From Bacteroidota bacterium (lineage in GTDB: Bacteria; Bacteroidota; Bacteroidia; 2-12-FULL-35-15), in assembly GCA_043742725.1 (NCBI GenBank), contig JAYTXX010000141.1, positions 1 through 54,928 on the forward strand: a stretch of 54,928 bases of DNA, written 5' to 3'. The first letter of the stretch is position 1; each line of letters begins with the position of its first letter. Shown here in pieces: positions 49,426-54,928 of this stretch. The notes under the pieces are model-generated. The model was not told the DNA's origin and searched no databases. It saw nothing but the letters and a program-made list of their open reading frames with translations. The position numbers and the translations under genes were made by a program.

Positions 49426-50448
49426 CTATAATGCAGCTTGAAATTGTTTTAAAAAACGAACATCGTTTTCAAAAAATAAACGCAAATCTTTTACTTGATA
49501 TTTTAGCATTGTAACGCGCTCTATACCCATTCCAAAAGCAAAACCACTATATTGTTTGCTATCTATTTTGCAATTATCAAGCACCGCAGGATCAACCATT
49601 CCACAACCTAAAATTTCTACCCAACCAGCACCTTTGCAAATGTTACAACCTTCGCCTTTGCAGAAAGGACAAGAGATATCCATCTCTGCACTTATTTCTG
49701 TAAATGGAAAAAATGATGGTCGCAAACGAATTTTTGTTTCTTCGCCAAACATTTCTTTTGAAAAATATAAGAGTGTTTGTTTTAAATCGGCAAACGAAAC
49801 TTTTTTATCAATATACAATCCTTCTACTTGATGAAACTGACAATGCGCACGTGCAGAAATTGCTTCGTTGCGATACACTCGCCCTGGAGAAATAGTGCGA
49901 ATAGGTGGTGGTTTGCTGTTTTCCATTATGCGAACTTGAACAGAAGAAGTTTGTGTACGCAAAACCGTATCAGGATTTTCGCTTACATAAAAAGTATCTT
50001 GCATATCGCGTGCTGGATGATCGGCTGGTGTATTTAGTGCTGTAAAATTATGCCAATCATCTTCAATTTCTGGTCCTTCAGAAACAGTAAATCCTATGCG
50101 CGAAAAAATATCTACAATTTGATTTCTAACAATTGATAACGGATGACGAGAGCCAATGGCAATAGTTTCAGAAGGTAATGTTAAATCAATGTTTTGATTT
50201 GTAGTTGTTCCTTCTTCAAATTTTTCTTTCAGTTCATTTACTTTTTCTTGTGCTTTGTTTTTTAATTCATTTAATTTTTGGCCAATTTCTTTGCGCAATT
50301 CGGGAGCAACAGTTTTAAATTCATCAAACAACTCGGTTACTTTTCCTTTTTTGCTTAATAGCTTTATTCTAAATTCTTCAACTTGTTCTTTGCTTTGTCC
50401 AGCAAAGGATTCAATCTCTTTTAATAAATCTTCTATTTTACTTTTCAT
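49426..50448 (-). CDS. pheS: Phenylalanine--tRNA ligase alpha subunit
   Basis: HPARDMQDTF, LRTQTS, FHQVEGL, RPSFFPFTE, GFAFGMGIER. Confidence 0.98.
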   Translation of the reverse strand: MKSKIEDLLKEIESFAGQSKEQVEEFRIKLLSKKGKVTELFDEFKTVAPELRKEIGQKLNELKNKAQEKVNELKEKFEEGTTTNQNIDLTLPSETIAIGSRHPLSIVRNQIVDIFSRIGFTVSEGPEIEDDWHNFTALNTPADHPARDMQDTFYVSENPDTVLRTQTSSVQVRIMENSKPPPIRTISPGRVYRNEAISARAHCQFHQVEGLYIDKKVSFADLKQTLLYFSKEMFGEETKIRLRPSFFPFTEISAEMDISCPFCKGEGCNICKGAGWVEILGCGMVDPAVLDNCKIDSKQYSGFAFGMGIERVTMLKYQVKDLRLFFENDVRFLKQFQAAL

Positions 50449-50476
50449 TATGTGTTTACAAATTTTTTTTGCGAAG

Positions 50477-51322
50477 TTAAGGAATTATTGAGATGCTAAT
50501 TATTCTAATGTCTTTCTCTGGGCGAGCATTACCATCTACTTTTTGTTTTGCAATATCTTCTATCACTTCAAAACCATCATACACTTCGCCAAACACTGTA
50601 TAGCTTCCATCTAAATGAGGAGTTCCGCCAGTAGTTGTATAAGCTTTCACTTGTTCATCGCTGAATTGATATGACGTTACGTTTGGCAATTCTTTTTCTA
50701 CTTGTTTATTAATAATATCATTTACATATTTCATACTATCGGTTACTTCATTTTTTGCAAATGATTTATATTTTTCGAGCCAATTTTTATTTTCTGTACG
50801 ATTGATAATTTCATTAAACAATTTCATTTTTGTAATTCGTTTCGCTTGAATTTTTAATAGCGAATCAGTATAAACACGACCTTGAACAATATAAAATTGT
50901 GAACCAGAAGAAGCTTGTGTTGGATTATCTAAATCGCTTTCGCGCGCAGCTGCAATTACTCCTTTTTTATGAAATAAATTTTGATTGAACTCTGCTGGAA
51001 CAGTATATTTTGGACCGCCTTCTCCAAGCATTGTCCCATATTGTGCACGTTTTGAGTCAGGATCTCCTGCTTGTATCATAAAGCTTTGAATCACTCTATG
51101 AAAAAGTAAACTATCGTAATAATGTTCTTTGATTAATTTCAAAAAATTATCACGATGTAAAGGCGTTTCATTATATAATTTTATTTTAATAACTCCATAA
51201 TCCGTTACAATCATTACTTTTATTTGTTCATAACTCCCATTTTCATTGATTTTGAATGATGTTAGAAATAAAAAAGCAGAAATTAAAATTGAAAAAATGA
51301 TTGATTTTTTTTTGTACCTCAT
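50477..51322 (-). CDS. Exported cyclophilin-type peptidyl-prolyl isomerase with a helical insertion
   Basis: FHRVIQSFMIQAGDP, SGSQFYIV, TPHLDGSYTVFGEV. Confidence 0.94.
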   Translation of the reverse strand: MRYKKKSIIFSILISAFLFLTSFKINENGSYEQIKVMIVTDYGVIKIKLYNETPLHRDNFLKLIKEHYYDSLLFHRVIQSFMIQAGDPDSKRAQYGTMLGEGGPKYTVPAEFNQNLFHKKGVIAAARESDLDNPTQASSGSQFYIVQGRVYTDSLLKIQAKRITKMKLFNEIINRTENKNWLEKYKSFAKNEVTDSMKYVNDIINKQVEKELPNVTSYQFSDEQVKAYTTTGGTPHLDGSYTVFGEVYDGFEVIEDIAKQKVDGNARPEKDIRIISISIIP

Positions 51323-51409
51323 AATATTTATTAAATTTGTTCATTGTAAAGATAATTAACTGTTGTAATAAAAGGTTTAAAAACAGTTTTTAAGTTAAAT
51401 ACATTTTAT

Positions 51410-51772
51410 ATGAAACTATTTACTTCAAAATTTTTTCCTCTTCTGTGTTTTGCGTTGTTAATTTTTTCAATGGTGAACACATCTTCTTGTAAAAAAGATG
51501 ATACTTGCCATGGAAAAGTTACAGTGAATGATAGTTTAGGAAACTTGGTAAGTGGTGCCAGTGTTCATTTGGATGCTCAAGGTTACAAAGGCTCAAGTGA
51601 TGCTACTTATGATGGAGTAACTGACGGTACGGGTGTTGCTGATTTTAGCATAAAATTACCAGCAGTATTTGATGTAACTGTTAAAAGCACAAGTCCTGCG
51701 GCTTCAGGAAAAGGACTTTTGAGAGTAGATGAACCGGGAAAGAGCGCATCAGTAACCGTTGTTATAAAATAA
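51410..51772 (+). CDS. Small lipoprotein (single beta-sandwich)
   Basis: Signal ending TSSC followed by KKDD; TAAATTTG box at 51332-51339 upstream. Confidence 0.8.
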   Translation: MKLFTSKFFPLLCFALLIFSMVNTSSCKKDDTCHGKVTVNDSLGNLVSGASVHLDAQGYKGSSDATYDGVTDGTGVADFSIKLPAVFDVTVKSTSPAASGKGLLRVDEPGKSASVTVVIK

Positions 51773-52108
51773 TCATTCTATAGTTTTAAAATAATCAATG
51801 ATGGCTTGTTTCATAAGCAATTGTTGTTGCGATGGTTTTAGTGGTGGTAGTTTTTCATTTACTTCCCAATGTGGCCAACCATCTTTATCCAATCCTTCGT
51901 ATTTGTAATATCCATAAGGAGTTAGTAATGTACAAATAGCGATGTGCATCACATCTAACTTTTCATTTTTAGAAAGTTTTATTTTTCCTTTACCTAATTC
52001 TTGTACGCCAATTAAAAACAAGATTGCTTGCAAATCAATATCATCTCCAAATTGCGTTGCTAATTTTTTTGATACCAGCTCAAAGTTTTTTTCTAATTCC
52101 AAATCCAT
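51773..52108 (-). CDS. Conserved hypothetical protein
   Basis: ILFLIGVQELG...MHIAIC...DGWPHW; TACCTTTG box at 52113-52120 just upstream. Confidence 0.8.
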   Translation of the reverse strand: MDLELEKNFELVSKKLATQFGDDIDLQAILFLIGVQELGKGKIKLSKNEKLDVMHIAICTLLTPYGYYKYEGLDKDGWPHWEVNEKLPPLKPSQQQLLMKQAIIDYFKTIE

Positions 52109-52151
52109 TGCTCAAAGGTAAACAAAGATGTTTTTTAAAAGCGATTAAAAA

Positions 52152-52193
52152 TAAAAAAGCCTTTAGAAAAAATTTTTTCTAAAGGCTTTTTTA
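52152..52193. terminator. Perfect 42-bp palindrome, probably the terminator of the DUF4175-ATPase unit
   Basis: TAAAAAAGCCTTTAGAAAAAA-TTTTTTCTAAAGGCTTTTTTA. Confidence 0.8.
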
Positions 52194-52208
52194 AAAAACA
52201 GTTAGTCG

Positions 52209-52619
52209 TTAATTTACTTTAAAATCAAGGCAAACCTTACTGCCATTATCTTCAAAAGTTACTTTGTCAGCAAGGTTACGCATTAAAAAAACGCCTCTTC
52301 CGTTTGGTTTTTCTATGTTTTCAGGATTTGTTGGGTCTGGTAAATTGTCATAATTAAAACCATTGCCTTCATCTTTTACAATAAACGAAACATGGTCATC
52401 GAATGATTTAAAAGCAATGTCAATTGATTTGCTTGGATTAGCATTATTACCGTGATAAATAGCATTATTTACAGCTTCTGTAAGTGCAACTAATATATTG
52501 CCGTAATAATCTTCGTTGATGTTAAACAAATCGCAAACATCTTCAATCATGCGTTCTACCAAAATAATGTTTTCAGCTTTCGATAAAATGCGAATTTTTT
52601 GATTTTCTGCAAGTACCAT
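52209..52619 (-). CDS. RsbW/SpoIIAB-like anti-sigma factor kinase (HATPase_c)
   Basis: EAVNNAIYHGN (N box), DEGNGF (G1), GRGVFLM (G2). Confidence 0.9.
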   Translation of the reverse strand: MVLAENQKIRILSKAENIILVERMIEDVCDLFNINEDYYGNILVALTEAVNNAIYHGNNANPSKSIDIAFKSFDDHVSFIVKDEGNGFNYDNLPDPTNPENIEKPNGRGVFLMRNLADKVTFEDNGSKVCLDFKVN

Positions 52620-52620
52620 T

Positions 52621-54928
52621 TTAATTTTCTATATTATTGAAGTATTGATTTACTTTCGCTTTATAAAAAGGATTTAATGAAGGCGAAACTGTTTTCAATA
52701 ATTCTGTTTCTTTCAATTTCAACTTGTTATACTCCAAAAATTGATTAGGGTTACTTAAATTTTCATTTTTTGCTTCATTCGATTGTCTTTTTTCATCCAT
52801 TTCGCGTTCTTTTTCTGCTTTTTCCGATTCCAAAAGGCGTGTTAAAATTTCTTCTTGACGCTTCAAAGTCTCAGTATTTAGTAGCTTATTCACCAAATCG
52901 GTTTCTGTTTCTTCCATTTTATCAGCAAGTTTTCCAATACTTCCTCCGCCTTTTCCATCTTTATTTAATTGGTCGCTCATTTTTTGTAATTCTTTACGAA
53001 TTGCTTCTTGTTCAGCCGCCAATTTTGCCAATTCTTGGCTCATTCCACTTGTTCCTAATCCTTGTTTATTGCCAGGCTTATTTCCATTTTTTTCTAATCC
53101 TTCTTTTAGTTTTTGAATTTGTTTATTCAATTGTTCTTGCATTTGGCGCAAGTTTGCCATCGATTGTTTTTTGCCTTTGCCTCCAGGTTTGGTGCAACTT
53201 CCGCTTCCTGGTTTGCTTTCTCTTGCTTTGCTTTGCATTTGTTGCAAAGATTCATTTAAAATTAATGCAAGATTATTTATAGAAGTCATTGCAAATTGTT
53301 GGCGACTTTTTGCTTCCTCCTTGTGATTTCTTCCATCGAACGAAACTGTTTGCGCCTCTTTCATTTCATCACCAGCTTTTTCCATATTCATATTTATGGC
53401 GCTAATTTCTTTATTAACAATAGATTTTATTTGCGGTACACGTTTACTCAATGCCAACAAACTATCTTCAATCATTTTGGAATCATCTTGTAGTTTTTTT
53501 TGTTTTTGATTTAATTTATAAAATTGTGGATCATTTGTTTTTGCTTTTGAAAGTTCATCCATCAATGCTTCTTGTCCGAACGAAAGCTGAACCAAATTTT
53601 CCAATAAATCACGCAGTTTATTAATGTCTTCTCCCTCTTTTTCTTGTTCCTCTTTTTGTTGAGCCTGCGCCATTTGCTGACTCATTTGTTCCATTTTTTT
53701 TGCTGCACTTTTTTGCGATTTCGAAGCATTTTTTTTCTCGCTTTTATTCAATTGCTCCGAACTATTTTGCATATCATTTTTTATATCCTCTTGCTTTTGC
53801 TCACTGTTTTCAAGGTTCTTCGGTTGTTCCAACTCACTGTTCTTTTTCTCCAACTCTTTCATGTCTTGTTTCAATTCATCAAATTTTTTATTCAATTCAT
53901 CTTGTTTTGTTTTTTGTTCTTTCGCAGCTGTTTTTTTGTCTTCGCTTTGTTTGGCAAGCTCATCCTGCTTTTTAGCCAACTCGTTTAGTTTATCAATATT
54001 CTCTTGCAATTTTTGTTCAACTTCCATTTGCTTAAAAATTTCCAAATTTCTGTCGAGCTCTTTCATAATGTCTTTATTGTCCAACTTCATTTTTTCCAAT
54101 GCTTCTTGCACTTTGTTTTTATCCATTTTCTCCAACAATTTTTGCAACTCATTGTATTTTTCTTTCATTTCAGGAGTCATCACTTTGTCAAACAATTCTT
54201 CTAATTGCTTTTGTTTTTCAAGCATTTGCTCGTTTGGTTGCTTGTATTCATTTTGTTCTTGATTGTTTTGTTCATTTTGATTTTTTATGTTTTCAACTTT
54301 GTTTTGCAATTGTTTTTGTTTGTCGAGCAAATCTTGAAGTTTCTTTTTTTCTTCCCAACTTAATTCTTTTTTCTCGGCAACTTTTCGTTCCAAATCACTT
54401 ACAGCTTTTTGAATTTCTTTAGCACGACTAATACTTTCCTGCAAATCATTTTTTATTTTATCGTTGTTTTTATCTGTTTTTTCAGCCAATTCCGAAAGTG
54501 TTGGTGCTTTAAAACTCATTTTTTGCGAGCGTGTAGATTTGCTTCCAAACACACCATCATTATCAAACACTTCAAAATAATATTCAATCTCATCGCCAGC
54601 ATTCAAGCCCAATTCCGTCATATCCCAAAAATGAAAAAATGAGTTTTGTGTAGCATTTGTATTTATAACCAATGCTTTTGAAGTAATACTTTCTTTTTTT
54701 GATTTATCAGTTGTGGTAGAATCATTATCAACTATAAAACGATAATTGAAAATGAGTTTATTAAAACCATAATCATCTTTTATTTCGCCACGAAAAAGTA
54801 TTTTTTTTGTAGAGGTTGAATCTTTTTTCTCTGCTACATTTATTTGCGGATAGGCATCCGGAATCACATTGATATTATAGGTTACAGAGTCTTTGCTTTT
54901 TAAAAATCGATTAGCTGTTGCAACCGAA
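52621..54928 (-). CDS. DUF4175-like large coiled-coil protein, 5' end outside the window
   Basis: Frame stays open beyond 54867 to the window edge; DDYGF, EYYFEVFDND, long Q/K/E coiled coil, RQEEILTRLL, final PFYKAKVNQYF. Confidence 0.8.
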   Translation of the reverse strand, partial: SVATANRFLKSKDSVTYNINVIPDAYPQINVAEKKDSTSTKKILFRGEIKDDYGFNKLIFNYRFIVDNDSTTTDKSKKESITSKALVINTNATQNSFFHFWDMTELGLNAGDEIEYYFEVFDNDGVFGSKSTRSQKMSFKAPTLSELAEKTDKNNDKIKNDLQESISRAKEIQKAVSDLERKVAEKKELSWEEKKKLQDLLDKQKQLQNKVENIKNQNEQNNQEQNEYKQPNEQMLEKQKQLEELFDKVMTPEMKEKYNELQKLLEKMDKNKVQEALEKMKLDNKDIMKELDRNLEIFKQMEVEQKLQENIDKLNELAKKQDELAKQSEDKKTAAKEQKTKQDELNKKFDELKQDMKELEKKNSELEQPKNLENSEQKQEDIKNDMQNSSEQLNKSEKKNASKSQKSAAKKMEQMSQQMAQAQQKEEQEKEGEDINKLRDLLENLVQLSFGQEALMDELSKAKTNDPQFYKLNQKQKKLQDDSKMIEDSLLALSKRVPQIKSIVNKEISAINMNMEKAGDEMKEAQTVSFDGRNHKEEAKSRQQFAMTSINNLALILNESLQQMQSKARESKPGSGSCTKPGGKGKKQSMANLRQMQEQLNKQIQKLKEGLEKNGNKPGNKQGLGTSGMSQELAKLAAEQEAIRKELQKMSDQLNKDGKGGGSIGKLADKMEETETDLVNKLLNTETLKRQEEILTRLLESEKAEKEREMDEKRQSNEAKNENLSNPNQFLEYNKLKLKETELLKTVSPSLNPFYKAKVNQYFNNIEN

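Noticed and set aside
49903-49911. PPP instead of the usual PP in PheS (KPPPIRT)
   Set aside because: An in-frame single-codon difference in a probable loop; no functional inference possible
439-54642. Many short ORFs in the track that overlap larger genes (e.g. 52770-53282, 53861-54262, 41391-41753)
   Set aside because: They are antisense or off-frame shadows of well-supported genes, with no motifs and composition mirroring the real CDS
1-54928. CRISPR array, rRNA, transposase, integrase or recognisable anti-phage defence genes
   Set aside because: No regularly spaced repeats of CRISPR size and no diagnostic motifs found by eye

Overview
This is a very AT-rich, gene-dense chromosomal window from a Bacteroidota bacterium. 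The phylum call rests on TAnnTTTG promoters, T9SS cargo with C-terminal sorting signals, and the rseP-dxr-M23 and DUF4175-ATPase gene orders. Most of it is housekeeping: gpsA, lysS, PGI/PMI, lipB, sucAB, mce, pcd, rseP, dxr, pheS and one tRNA with a CAT anticodon (probably Ile2). I found no integrase, transposase, CRISPR array or rRNA. Five things deserve a second look. (1) A Cys-rich secreted leader ORF whose stop codon sits inside a hairpin that also masks the initiation region of a Cys-Cys TonB-dependent receptor, followed by a periplasmic HMA protein; this is a candidate metal-sensing translational switch. (2) A CarH/LitR-type B12 photoreceptor, an ECF sigma factor and a photolyase, with a perfect 16-bp inverted repeat over the sigma promoter. 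(3) Three gene junctions carrying inverted 7- or 8-nt-period micro-repeat arrays, plus two adjacent REP-like hairpins. (4) Three small membrane-anchored ORFs between lysS and gpsA. (5) Two large T9SS adhesins with contrasting stalks: one with about 30 O-glycosylation sequons, the other Thr/Ser-rich with a sharp codon-usage shift. All family assignments come from motif recognition by eye; no searches were run.
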